The translations under genes and the position numbers were made by a program. The notes below the pieces were generated by a model. That model was not told the origin of the DNA, did no database searches, and saw nothing but the letters and a program-made list of their open reading frames with translations. This document shows, piece after piece, positions 29,336 to 38,871 of a stretch of 64,000 nt of DNA. Every line of letters starts with the position of its first letter. Within the stretch, counting starts at the first letter, position 1. The stretch spans positions 224,001 to 288,000 of the forward strand of contig CAWBZV010000003.1 of the NCBI GenBank assembly GCA_963793305.1. The letters run 5' to 3'. Source of the DNA: an uncultured Gemmatimonadales bacterium. Lineage in GTDB: Bacteria > Gemmatimonadota > Gemmatimonadetes > Gemmatimonadales > Gemmatimonadaceae.

Positions 29336-30420
29336 CGGATCAGATCCCGGCCCATCATCGCCCCGGTGGCGGATTTCAGAATCCCTGGGGCCCCGGGAGC
29401 CAGCAAGCGCGGTTCGGACAATTCTTGAGGTGGGCACTGTTCGAGCGCCCACGGACGACACGTCGGGGCACTCCCGACCGGGCCACGTTCGCGGCCGCTC
29501 ACCTGCCCGTGGCGCCGAGCTTCTCGGTTCGCGAGTCGCCCGAAACGCTCGCGATCACCTGGATCGGGCACTCCAGCTTTCTCGTTCAGATCGCCGGGCA
29601 AAACCTGTTGCTCGACCCCGTCTGGGGTGACCGCGCATCGCCGATATCCTGGCTCGGTCCCCAGCAATGGACCCCGCCCGGGATTCCGTTTGACGCGCTG
29701 CCGCCGGTCGACGGGGTCATCCTCTCGCATGACCACTACGACCACCTGGACCAGCCGACTGTACGGCGTTTGGTGAAGCGCTACCCCGAGGCTCAATGGC
29801 GCGCGCCATTGGGCGTGGGACACTGGTTACGCCGAAGGGGAGTGAGCCAAGTGCAGGAGGCCGATTGGTGGGACCAGACCGACCTCGGGCCCCTCAAGCT
29901 CACCGCGACACCGGCGCAGCACTTCTCGGGTCGCCGTCTCGATAATCGAAACGGGACCCTCTGGTGTGGATGGGTCATCCGCGGCGGCGCGGCTCCGCCG
30001 CGCGTCGAGGCGGCAAACAGCGCCGCTCGACTGGTCGGTTGGACCGATCCGGCTCCGCCGACTCCTCACACGGTATTTTTTGCCGGCGACACCGGCGCCC
30101 ACCCGGTTTTTCCCGAGATCGGACAGCGCCACGGCCCGTTCGACGCCGTGCTCATGCCGATCGGAGCCTACGACCCCGAGTGGTTCATGGGCCCCGTTCA
30201 CATCGACCCGGAGCGCGCGGTCTCGGCGTTCCAAGCCCTGAACGCCGGTGACGCCACCATGGTCGCCATGCATTGGGGTACGTTCCAGCTCACCGACGAG
30301 CCAATGGACGAACCCCCCAAACGCGCGACCGCTGCATGGGCGAATGCGGGTCTCCCGCCACACCGGCTCTGGATCCCATCACTCGGCGAGACGAGACGCT
30401 GGCCGTTACACACGCACTGA
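29332..30420 (+). CDS. MBL-fold hydrolase (NAPE-PLD-like) carrying an in-frame repeat insertion
   Basis: TWIGHSS, SHDHYDHLD, PAQHFSGR, FAGDTG, MPIGAY, MHWGTF. Confidence 0.93.
   Translation: MTDQIPAHHRPGGGFQNPWGPGSQQARFGQFLRWALFERPRTTRRGTPDRATFAAAHLPVAPSFSVRESPETLAITWIGHSSFLVQIAGQNLLLDPVWGDRASPISWLGPQQWTPPGIPFDALPPVDGVILSHDHYDHLDQPTVRRLVKRYPEAQWRAPLGVGHWLRRRGVSQVQEADWWDQTDLGPLKLTATPAQHFSGRRLDNRNGTLWCGWVIRGGAAPPRVEAANSAARLVGWTDPAPPTPHTVFFAGDTGAHPVFPEIGQRHGPFDAVLMPIGAYDPEWFMGPVHIDPERAVSAFQALNAGDATMVAMHWGTFQLTDEPMDEPPKRATAAWANAGLPPHRLWIPSLGETRRWPLHTH
29987..30062 (-). repeat. Multi-hairpin repeat element, copy 2 (antisense, in-frame inside the MBL gene)
   Basis: Minus strand TCGGC-GGA-GCCGG ATCGGTCCAACCGACCA GTCGA-GCGGC-gctgttt-GCCGC-C-TCGAC GCGCGGC-GGA-GCCGCGC. 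Confidence 0.9.
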
Positions 30421-30485
30421 GCTACCCTACGGGTAGCACGTAGCAGGCGCACACATTCTCCACCCGTCACATTGGAGCACGCGCC

Positions 30486-30942
30486 ATGGCCAGTTCGAAG
30501 CGCACACGTCGTCCCACGAAGTCGGCCCGCAAACCTGCTCGCGCGAAGTCATCGAAGCGCGCGAGTGCGCGCAGCAGTTCTACGCGCAGAACGTCAGCAC
30601 GTCGCGCCGCGAGCGCGACGAAGACGGCCAAGGTTGCGAAGAAGGCAGCCGCACCAGCAAAGAAGGTTGCCGCTCCCGCCAAAGCTGCTGCACCGGCGAA
30701 GAAGGTTGCTGCACCGGTGAAGGCAGTGAAGGCCGCCGCACCAGCAAAGAAGGCTGCTGCACCGGCGAAAGCAGCTGTCGCACCAGCTACCCGCACCCGT
30801 AGCACCCGCGCCAGTCGCACCAGCACCCACGCCAGTCGTCGCCGCCGCCGACGCGGCGCCAAAGGCAACGAGCAAGTCGAAGAAAGCTGCGGCGCCTGCG
30901 CCGACACCTGGTCCAGTTACCAGCGAGCCGCCGCGCATGTAG
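30486..30942 (+). CDS. Histone-H1-like Lys/Ala/Pro-rich protein (frameshift at ~30790)
   Basis: APAKK repeats; continues in another frame as PAPVAPAP...SKKAAAPAP...EPPRM-stop. Confidence 0.7.
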
Positions 30943-30955
30943 CAGCGGAGCAGCG

Positions 30956-31483
30956 TCAGCGCTGGTTGGCTGACGCTGCCCGCTGGCGCTTCATCCGCTC
31001 GTACCGCGCGGCCGCCTTATAGCGATTGCCACACCCCTCAGCGCTGCAAAAGCGCCGCGCGTGATTCTTGGTAGTGTCGTAGAAGAACAAGACACAGCCC
31101 TTCCCCTCGCAGTGTTTCAGCAGCGAGTAGTCTCCGCTCGCCAGAAACTCCGCGGCCGAGCGCGCGACCGTTGAGAGCGCGCCGACTGGGTCCGTGAACG
31201 TGGTCACGGTGCGCAGCTCGCCTTTCGTCAACTGCGAATAGCTCGGCGCCGCCTTCAACACCCGATTGATTTCCGCCGTGGCAGAAAGCGAGCGATCGCC
31301 CGCTGCGATCGACTCGGCCTGCCGACGGAGCGCGGCCCGCAGCACGTGCGCCTCCTCGACGAGCCGCGGCGAACGCCGCACCTCTCCCCCGAGCCAGGAT
31401 TTGAGGTGGTCGAAGTCGGCGATGGCGTCGACCGGCTCGCCATGCACGACCATCTCCGTATTGACGAAGTCGAGCCAGAGCAC
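30956..31483 (-). CDS. ABATE/CGNR zinc-finger regulator
   Basis: LDFVNT; CEGKGCVLFFYDTTKNHARRFCSAEGCGNR. Confidence 0.9.
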   Translation of the reverse strand: MLWLDFVNTEMVVHGEPVDAIADFDHLKSWLGGEVRRSPRLVEEAHVLRAALRRQAESIAAGDRSLSATAEINRVLKAAPSYSQLTKGELRTVTTFTDPVGALSTVARSAAEFLASGDYSLLKHCEGKGCVLFFYDTTKNHARRFCSAEGCGNRYKAAARYERMKRQRAASANQR

Positions 31484-31511
31484 ATCGGTAGTCTATCCAG
31501 TGAATCAGGGG

Positions 31512-31557
31512 TTGACAAGGTAGAGAAATGTGCCTAGCATCATGACATATTGCTAGG
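31512..31557 (+). promoter_or_regulatory. Sigma70-type promoter overlapped by a palindromic operator
   Basis: TTGACA (31512)-N17-TAGCAT (31535); inverted repeat CCTAGCA-N11-TGCTAGG at 31533-31557. Confidence 0.7.
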
Positions 31558-31585
31558 TAGAATCGAAACCCCTTCGAGGTGTCCC

Positions 31586-32425
31586 ATGACTGTCCGATAT
31601 GGTTTCGCCGTCGCCAACGGCGCCTCCGTCTTCTATCGCGAAGCCGGTGATCCCAACGCTCCATCGCTACTCCTGCTGCACGGATTCCCGACCTCATCGC
31701 ACATGTTCCGCGACCTCATTCCGCTGCTCGCGGACCGCTACCATGTGGTCGCGCCCGATCTTCCCGGGTTCGGCTTTTCCGACTCGCCGAAACGCGCGAG
31801 ATTCAATGAGTTGGCCAAGACGGTGGACGCCTTCACCACCGCCGTCGGACTGACACGATTCGCGATCTACGTGTTCGACTACGGCGCGCCGGTCGGATTC
31901 CGTCTCGCGCTCGCGCATCCCGAGCGGATCACGGCCATCATCTCACAGAACGGCAACGCGTACGAGGAAGGCCTGAGCGCCGAGGGCTGGAATCCCATCC
32001 AGAACTACTGGCGCTCGCCGACCGCCGAGAACCGCAACGCGCTGCGCGGTTTCCTTAAGCCGAATGCCACCCAGTGGCAGTACTCGCATGGCGTGGGCGA
32101 CGCCTCGCGCCTGGCGCCCGAGGCATGGACGCTCGACTCGGCCCTTCTCGCGCGGCCGGGAAACGATGAGATCCAGCTCGACCTCTTTCTCGACTACGCG
32201 TCGAACGTCGCGCTCTACCCGAAGTTCCAGGAGTATCTGCGCACGAACCAGCCGCCCTTGCTCGCGACCTGGGGGAAGAACGACCCGTTCTTTCTTCCCG
32301 CTGGGGCCGAGGCATTCAAGCGGGATGTCCCGAAGGCCCAGGTGCAGTTCTTCGATACCGGACACTTCGCGCTCGAGACGCACGCTACCGAGATCGCCGC
32401 CGCGATCAAGGGCTTCCTGAACTAA
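31586..32425 (+). CDS. Alpha/beta hydrolase (epoxide hydrolase / dehalogenase-like)
   Basis: [36 protein letters not shown]. Confidence 0.92.
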   Translation: MTVRYGFAVANGASVFYREAGDPNAPSLLLLHGFPTSSHMFRDLIPLLADRYHVVAPDLPGFGFSDSPKRARFNELAKTVDAFTTAVGLTRFAIYVFDYGAPVGFRLALAHPERITAIISQNGNAYEEGLSAEGWNPIQNYWRSPTAENRNALRGFLKPNATQWQYSHGVGDASRLAPEAWTLDSALLARPGNDEIQLDLFLDYASNVALYPKFQEYLRTNQPPLLATWGKNDPFFLPAGAEAFKRDVPKAQVQFFDTGHFALETHATEIAAAIKGFLN

Positions 32426-33805
32426 ACGTTCTTGACCTCGCTCACCAACTTGGTGAGCGAGGCTTTCGCGTCCCCAAAGAGCATGCTCGTCTTTGGATCA
32501 TAGAACAACTCGTTCTCGATCCCCGCGAATCCGGGATTCATGCTGCGCTTCATGACGATCACGCTGCGGGCGCGATCGACGTTCAATATCGGCATCCCGT
32601 AGATCGGACTCCCGGGATCCGTGCGCGCGGCTGGATTCACCACGTCATTCGCCCCGATCACCAGCACGACATCGGTCTTGTCGAACTCGCCGTTGATCTG
32701 CTCCATGTCGTAGAGCCGGTCATACGGGACGTTCGGCCTCGGCCAGCAGCACGTTCATGTGCCCGGGCATGCGCCCCGCGACGGGATGTATCGCGTACTT
32801 AACGTCCCCACCGCGATGCTCGATCAGCTCGGCCAACTCGCGGACGACGTGCTGCGACTGGGCGACCGCCATGCCGTACCCGGGCACGATGATCACGCGC
32901 CCGGCGTAGGCGAGACGGAGCGCCGCGTCCTCGGCCGAGACCGGCGTGTACGATTGACCCGTGGCGAGCGTCTTCGTCGTTGTCACGACGCTGCCGAACG
33001 CGCCGAACAACACGTTCGAGAACGACCGGTTCATCGCCTTGCTCATGAGGATCGAGAGCAAGAACCCCGACGCGCCGTCGAGCGCGCCGGCGATGATCAA
33101 CACGTTGTTGCCGATCGCGAACCCGGTCGCGGCTGACGCGAGGCCGGCGTACGAGTTGAGCAGCGACACGACCACCGGCATGTCCGCGCCGCCAATGGGC
33201 AGTACCATCGACATGCCGATCACGAGCCCCAGGGCGATCATCCCGTAGAAAAACATCGTCTGGTCCGGCCGTGCGATCAGATAGATGAAGATGCCGAACG
33301 TGAGCGCGAAGAGCGTGAGGTTGAACGCGTTCTGTCCGCGGAACGTGATCGGTCGCCCGGGCATGAGCTCGGCCAACTTGAGCGTCGCCATCAAGCTGCC
33401 GGTGATCGTCAGCGACCCGAACATCACCTCGAAGCCGAGCGCCGTCATCTCACCGTGGCTGAGGATACCGCCCGAGTTGTAGTACGTGGCCACGCCGACC
33501 AGTGTCGCGGCGACCGCGCCGAACATGTGCGAGATCGCGATCCGTTGCGGCATCGCGGTCATGGGCACGAACATGCCCAGGGGGTACCCGATGAGCGTGC
33601 CGAGCGCGAGACCGGCCACGATCCATTGGTACTCGACGATCTCGTGCTTGACTAGCGTGCCGACGATGGCCAGGACCATCCCGATCGCCGCTTGCTGCAT
33701 ACCCCGCCGCGCAAACTCGGGCCGCGTGAGGCTGCGGAGCCCGAGGATGAACATGACGGACGCGGCGAGGTACGTCGCCTCGATGAAGATGTCGCGGACC
33801 GGCAT
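32422..33805 (-). CDS. pntB: NAD(P) transhydrogenase beta subunit (frameshift at ~32732)
   Basis: [37 protein letters not shown]; continues as VPYD...[11 protein letters not shown]. Confidence 0.95.
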
Positions 33806-33808
33806 CGG

Positions 33809-34132
33809 CTAGGGCTTTGGCGGCTGTTGGCCGTCGACGGTGACTGCCGGCGCCTTCGGCACGCGCTTGAACATCTTGAGCATGCGATCCGTGATCAGAA
33901 ACCCGCCGACGACGTTGATCGTGGCCGAGGTCACCGCGATGAACCCCAGGATGGTGCTCACGGGCGTCTCGTGCGCGCCCGCGGCGACCAGTGACCCGAC
34001 GAGCGAGATCCCGGAGATCGCGTTCGTCGCCGACATGAGCGGCGTGTGCAGCAATGGTGGTACGCGAGTAATGACCTGGTAGCCGACGAATGCGGCCAGC
34101 ACGAACACATACAGTTCGGTAAACGCTATCAC
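33809..34132 (-). CDS. pntA: NAD(P) transhydrogenase alpha subunit, membrane part
   Basis: LHTPLMSATNAISG, NVVGGFLITDRMLKMF. Confidence 0.93.
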   Translation of the reverse strand: MIAFTELYVFVLAAFVGYQVITRVPPLLHTPLMSATNAISGISLVGSLVAAGAHETPVSTILGFIAVTSATINVVGGFLITDRMLKMFKRVPKAPAVTVDGQQPPKP

Positions 34133-35217
34133 TTGATCGCTCCGTTGTGCGCAATCAGCATGGCCTTGGTGATCGCATCTTCGGGATCGAGCTTCAACTC
34201 TCCGTCTTTGATAAGGGCGCCAAGCAGCGTCGCGATGTTCTTGCTGAACATGAGACTCGCGTGCTGCGGCACCGTCGCCGGCAGATTCACGGCGCCGATG
34301 ATGCGCACGCCGTTCGACTCGACCGTCTCACCCGCTCTCGTCAGCTCGCAGTTCCCGCCGGTTTCGGCGGCCAGGTCGACAATGACCGAACCCGGCTTCA
34401 TGGCCGCGACCATCTCTTTCGTTATCAGGCGCGGCGCGGGTTTCCCCGGGATTTGCGCGGTGGTAATCACAACGTCGACCGTGGGCACATGCGCCGCGAG
34501 CGTAGCGAGCGTGCGCGATTGCTCATCGTCGGTCTGCGCGCGTGCGTAGCCGCCGGCCGCCTCGGCCGAAGCCGTGACGGTGTCGGACGCGACGAACGTG
34601 GCGCCGAGCGAGAGTACCTGCTCGCGCGCAGCGGGCCGGACGTCGAACGCGCTGACGACCGCGCCGAGTCGCCGAGCGGTCGCGATGGCCTGGAGGCCGG
34701 CGACGCCGGCGCCGATCACGAAGACCTTCGAGGGAATGAGCGAGCCGGCAGCGGTGGTCATCATCGGGAAGAGCTTCCCGAGCTCGTTCGCCGCGACCAA
34801 TACGGCCTTGTAGCCGGCAACCGTCGCCTGCGACGACAGCACGTCCATCGACTGCGCTCGCGTAATGCGCGGGACGCGCTCCAACGCGAGCGCCGTCACG
34901 GGGCGATTGCCTAAGTACGCCTCCGGTCCGGTGCCGAAGAGGCTGATCAGCACGACCCCGCTCGGCATCGCGTCGAGCTCGGCCTGGCTGGGTCGCAGCA
35001 CTTTGACCACGACCTGGGCGTCGCTGAGCGGGGCCGTGACCAGCGAGGCCCCAGCCGCTTCGTAGGCATCATCAGGATACGTCGCCGCCACCCCGGCGCC
35101 CCGCTCGACGCGCACCGTCGCGCCAATCTTGACTAGAGCCCTCACGCCATCCGGCACGAGGGCCACTCTTCGCTCGCCGGGCGCGGTCTCCTTGGGAACG
35201 GTCACCGTGATGGCCAT
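34129..35217 (-). CDS. pntA: NAD(P) transhydrogenase alpha subunit, NAD(H)-binding part
   Basis: GERRVAL, RITRAQSMDVLSSQ, IGAGVAGLQA, DLAAETGGNC. Confidence 0.95.
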   Translation of the reverse strand: MAITVTVPKETAPGERRVALVPDGVRALVKIGATVRVERGAGVAATYPDDAYEAAGASLVTAPLSDAQVVVKVLRPSQAELDAMPSGVVLISLFGTGPEAYLGNRPVTALALERVPRITRAQSMDVLSSQATVAGYKAVLVAANELGKLFPMMTTAAGSLIPSKVFVIGAGVAGLQAIATARRLGAVVSAFDVRPAAREQVLSLGATFVASDTVTASAEAAGGYARAQTDDEQSRTLATLAAHVPTVDVVITTAQIPGKPAPRLITKEMVAAMKPGSVIVDLAAETGGNCELTRAGETVESNGVRIIGAVNLPATVPQHASLMFSKNIATLLGALIKDGELKLDPEDAITKAMLIAHNGAIK

Positions 35218-35226
35218 GGGCCTATC

Positions 35227-36108
35227 TTACCGCTTGTCGAGCCAGTCGGCGACGTTGCCGATGACGATATCCCGGCCGACATCGACCGTGATGATGTGCG
35301 TGCCCTTGTCGACCCACACCAGTTCTTTCTCCGAGCTGCCTAGCCGCGCGAACGCCGCCTCGGCGGCTTCTGGCGCGATCCTGTTGTCGTGATGTGACTG
35401 GATAAACAGGACCGGAGCACGGACTTTTGGTTCCGCGGCCTGCGCCAGAACCACGATGCGACGCAGCTCGGCGACCAGCCGTGGGGTCACAGCGCCATAC
35501 GCGAGATTCCGTTCCGCCTCGACAGGATCGGTAATCGACCGCACCCCGCCTCCCACCATGTAGCGCACGCCGATGCCGAGCACTGGGGCTGCCATCGCGA
35601 TCAGCGCCAACCAGCGCGGCATCGCCAAATACGGCGCTATCAGTACTAACGCTGGTAGATCGGGCGATTCCGCCGCCAAGATGGTCGCGAGTGCGCCGCC
35701 CATAGACACACCGAGCACAACGGTATGGTCGCTCTTGGCTCTCAAACTCGAATACTCTTCGCGAACCGCCGCCATCCAGTCGGCCGCTCTCGTTTTAGCA
35801 AACTCTGCTATAGTCCGCCCATGCCCAGGCAACAGCGGCGCCCGTACAAACCACCCTCGCGCCGCGAGCGCTTCCGCGAGATAGCGCACGGTTTGGGGCG
35901 TATCTCCGAACCCATGTAGAGCCAGCACAGCGCCACGATGCTGCGATCCAGGCGCCGGTGCGATCTCAAAAGACTCGGCCCCGACGACGATGCCGTCGGC
36001 CCCACGCGGATGCTGCGCGTCGATCGCGCGCGCGAGTCGCCATCCCGCCACTTCGCGCAGAGCGGCCACGCCCGCGAAAAGGGCGGTGACGATAACGAGA
36101 GGGAGCAT
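35227..36108 (-). CDS. Alpha/beta hydrolase (carboxylesterase / monoacylglycerol lipase-like)
   Basis: LHGFGD, LPGHG, GVSMGG. Confidence 0.88.
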   Translation of the reverse strand: MLPLVIVTALFAGVAALREVAGWRLARAIDAQHPRGADGIVVGAESFEIAPAPGSQHRGAVLALHGFGDTPQTVRYLAEALAARGWFVRAPLLPGHGRTIAEFAKTRAADWMAAVREEYSSLRAKSDHTVVLGVSMGGALATILAAESPDLPALVLIAPYLAMPRWLALIAMAAPVLGIGVRYMVGGGVRSITDPVEAERNLAYGAVTPRLVAELRRIVVLAQAAEPKVRAPVLFIQSHHDNRIAPEAAEAAFARLGSSEKELVWVDKGTHIITVDVGRDIVIGNVADWLDKR

Positions 36109-36144
36109 ATGAGACGGCGCAATATACGCCGCCTCAGAAGGGCT

Positions 36145-36873
36145 CTAAGCGGCTGGCACCGGGCGATGCGGTTCTTTGACGATGTCCCCGATGACGCGCG
36201 GCGACTCCTGGGACCGCGCGACGAGATCCGACACGGACGGGATCACGATCGTCCCGTTGATCCGCTCAGCGAGCCCATCCGATACGAGCTTCGCGATAAC
36301 GAGCGATACCGACTCGCGCGTCGCCCCGACGAGCTCGCAAAGGACCCGGTTCTGGGCCACGTCCAGAATGATCTGACCGTCTGAATCCATGAACATTTTC
36401 TGCCGCCCCAGCCGACTCAGTACAGCGACCAATCGCTGCTCAACGGAGAGCGTCGCCAGCTCCCGCATCTTGTCGAGCAGCGTAGCGTGCTCAGCCATAA
36501 CCTGGCCGACCAACGCAAATGCCTGCGGCGGATGTTCCCGGACGAACTCTCGGAACCGAACCCCGTTGAGATAGAGCGTCTCGCTCTCATCGTCGGCCTT
36601 GGCGTCTGTAACGTAAGTGGCGCCAGTCCTTGATGTTGCGGCAAGCCCTTCGCCGCCGAACGTGCCACCAGCCATCGCCACGGCGGGGATGAATCCGCGG
36701 CCGGCCTTTACCCGGGTCCGGAGTATGACACGGCCCTTGAGTACTACAAACAGCCCCTCTGCCTCAGTCCCACGCTGGTAAATGTCAAACCCTGCTGGCC
36801 ATGTCGCCCTTGCGCCGTACCCGCTCGCGACGGCCATCTGTTCGGCGGTCAACCGGGCGGTCTCGTAGTGCAC
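36145..36873 (-). CDS. Crp/Fnr-family transcriptional regulator
   Basis: cNMP-binding fold, LSVEQRL, ELVGATRESVS HTH; GTG start with AAGGA SD. Confidence 0.88.
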   Translation of the reverse strand: MHYETARLTAEQMAVASGYGARATWPAGFDIYQRGTEAEGLFVVLKGRVILRTRVKAGRGFIPAVAMAGGTFGGEGLAATSRTGATYVTDAKADDESETLYLNGVRFREFVREHPPQAFALVGQVMAEHATLLDKMRELATLSVEQRLVAVLSRLGRQKMFMDSDGQIILDVAQNRVLCELVGATRESVSLVIAKLVSDGLAERINGTIVIPSVSDLVARSQESPRVIGDIVKEPHRPVPAA

Positions 36874-36970
36874 TGGTCGTCCTTTTTGTTTAGGTGCAAA
36901 GGCCTCCTGTCGCAATGTCCGGGCCGTCTGGACTTCTGCTGTCGAGTCAGCTTCATTTAATAATACCAAC

Positions 36971-38871
36971 ATGGAGCCGACGCCCCCGCCGTCTCGGCCA
37001 TCGTTCGCGCTGCTTGGTGCCGATGCTTTCCTGGCCGCGCGCCCAGCTACGCCCGTGCAGCTTATGCATGCCTGCACGCGCGGGGGATATGACGCGGCGA
37101 TACCCGCGACGTGGGGCGATGAGATCATCGCCGAGCGGTGCATCGAGCGCTTGGCGGAGCGGACGCTGGGACCCGCCGTCTTCTGCACCTGCTCGTATGT
37201 GCGCGACCGGTTACTGGCCCCAGGTCCAGACCTGGCGCCCTATCTACTCTCCTTCGTCGCGCCGCCCGTGGCGGCCGCCCGGTACCTGCGGCAGCTCTAT
37301 GCGGGGCGACCCATCGACATCACGTACGTCGGCGCGTGTCCATCGGCCGACGACGAAGCGATTGATCGGCAGGTCGCGGCCAAGGCGTTCTTCGCCGAGT
37401 TGCGCGGCCAAGGGATCATCCTATCGCAGCAGCCAACGGTCTTCAACTCGATGTTCGCGCCCGACCGGCGGCGCTGTCTCTCGCAGCCAGGCGGGTTGCC
37501 CACGCCTCAGTTGCTCGAGCGTCAGAGCATGCCGCGCGAGCTCGTGGAGGTCGCGGGGTTCGAGTACGCGGCGGAGTTGGCCCAGCATCTCATCCTGAGC
37601 GAGCCGGTGCTGATCGACCTGGCCACTCGCTCGGGCTGCGCGTGCAGTGGCGCCGCCGTCGGCATTCCGCCGACCGAAGCCCGGAGCTCCGTCGTCGCGC
37701 TCGAGCCTCCTCGCTCGGCCCAGCCCATCGTCGAGCACGACGTTCGAGGTTCTGGTCGACCTGCCGATCCCGGTGCCGAGCGCCGATCGCGGCCCGCCGC
37801 CGCCGCGCGACGACGCGCCGCCGCCGCGTGTACCGGTCGCCAACGACTTTCCAGATTGGCCATCGCCGAGGGCGGAGCTGGCCGACATGCCCACGAAGCC
37901 GGCGGACGTCCCGCGAGCGGCGAAGCCCGAGGTGGAAGTCGAGCTCGAATTTCGCGCGGCACCCGTCAGCGACGTGGCGTGGCAGGAGCCCCGAGTCGAG
38001 CCGCGAGCCGAGCCGAGACTCGAGCTGCGCACCGAGACCCAGCCGTTCGGCATGAACTTCGAGATGCAGTTCGACCGCGCATTCCGCTCGGCGTTCACAT
38101 CGGTACCGCTATCGCTGCCGATCCCACGCCTGCCGTCGACGGAGTCGTTCGGCTTCCCGCTGTTCGACCGCGAGGTTTCCCTGGTCGCGACGCTCGATGC
38201 GCCAGCGGACGCGTCTCGTCGCCGGAACCAGATGCCACGCACGCGCAGCGCCCAGGGCCGCACGCTACCGCGCGCCTACGTCGCCCACCGCGCGGGCTCC
38301 CCGCCGACCGGCGAGCTGGTCGTCCGCACGCTCCGCGCACCGTTGGCCAAGATCGCGCCCGAGCCTACGCCACCCGTCGTTCGCGTGTCGACACCGACGG
38401 TCCGCGCCACCGTGAGGCCGCCCGAGCACATGCCGCTCTTCTCGGCGTTCGCCGCCAGCGGCGTCCTCTCGGCAGCCACGGAAGGCGACACGTCACTGAC
38501 GCGCGACACGCTCCGCGCTGGCGCTGAGCTGCGAGCCGAGCTGAGGGCCGAGCCGGCGGCGATGCCGGTGCCGGTCGCCGAGCGTCCGGTCGCCGATCGA
38601 GCCGTGCCGCTGCAGCGGACGGTCGAAGCCCCGGTGCGGCGTCGAAGCACACCGGTGGCGCGCACTCGCGTCGTCCGCCCACCGCGCGGACTGGCGCTGA
38701 TCGGCCACTGGCTCCGCCGAGATGCGCTTACGTCACCTGGCGCTGATCATCATCGGCCTCATCACGATCGCGCTCGCCGTCGCGTTCGCGCTCGGCTACC
38801 TCCCCGAGCCCGGAGTCGCCACGGGCCCGGCGCCGATGCCAACAGTCCACCCGACTACGCCCCCGGCTTAG
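36971..38871 (+). CDS. Protein with [FeFe]-hydrogenase large-subunit-like N-terminal domain, Pro-rich linker and C-terminal TM helix (frameshifts at ~37743 and ~38730)
   Basis: WGDEIIAE, VFCTCSYV, PPVAAARYL, ITYVGACP, GCAC; third frame gives HLALIIIGLITIALAVAFALGY...-stop 38871. Confidence 0.6.

Noticed and set aside
30640..30830. Tandem DNA repeats (GCACCGGCGAAGAAG-like)
   Set aside because: Explained by APAKK peptide repeats of the H1-like protein
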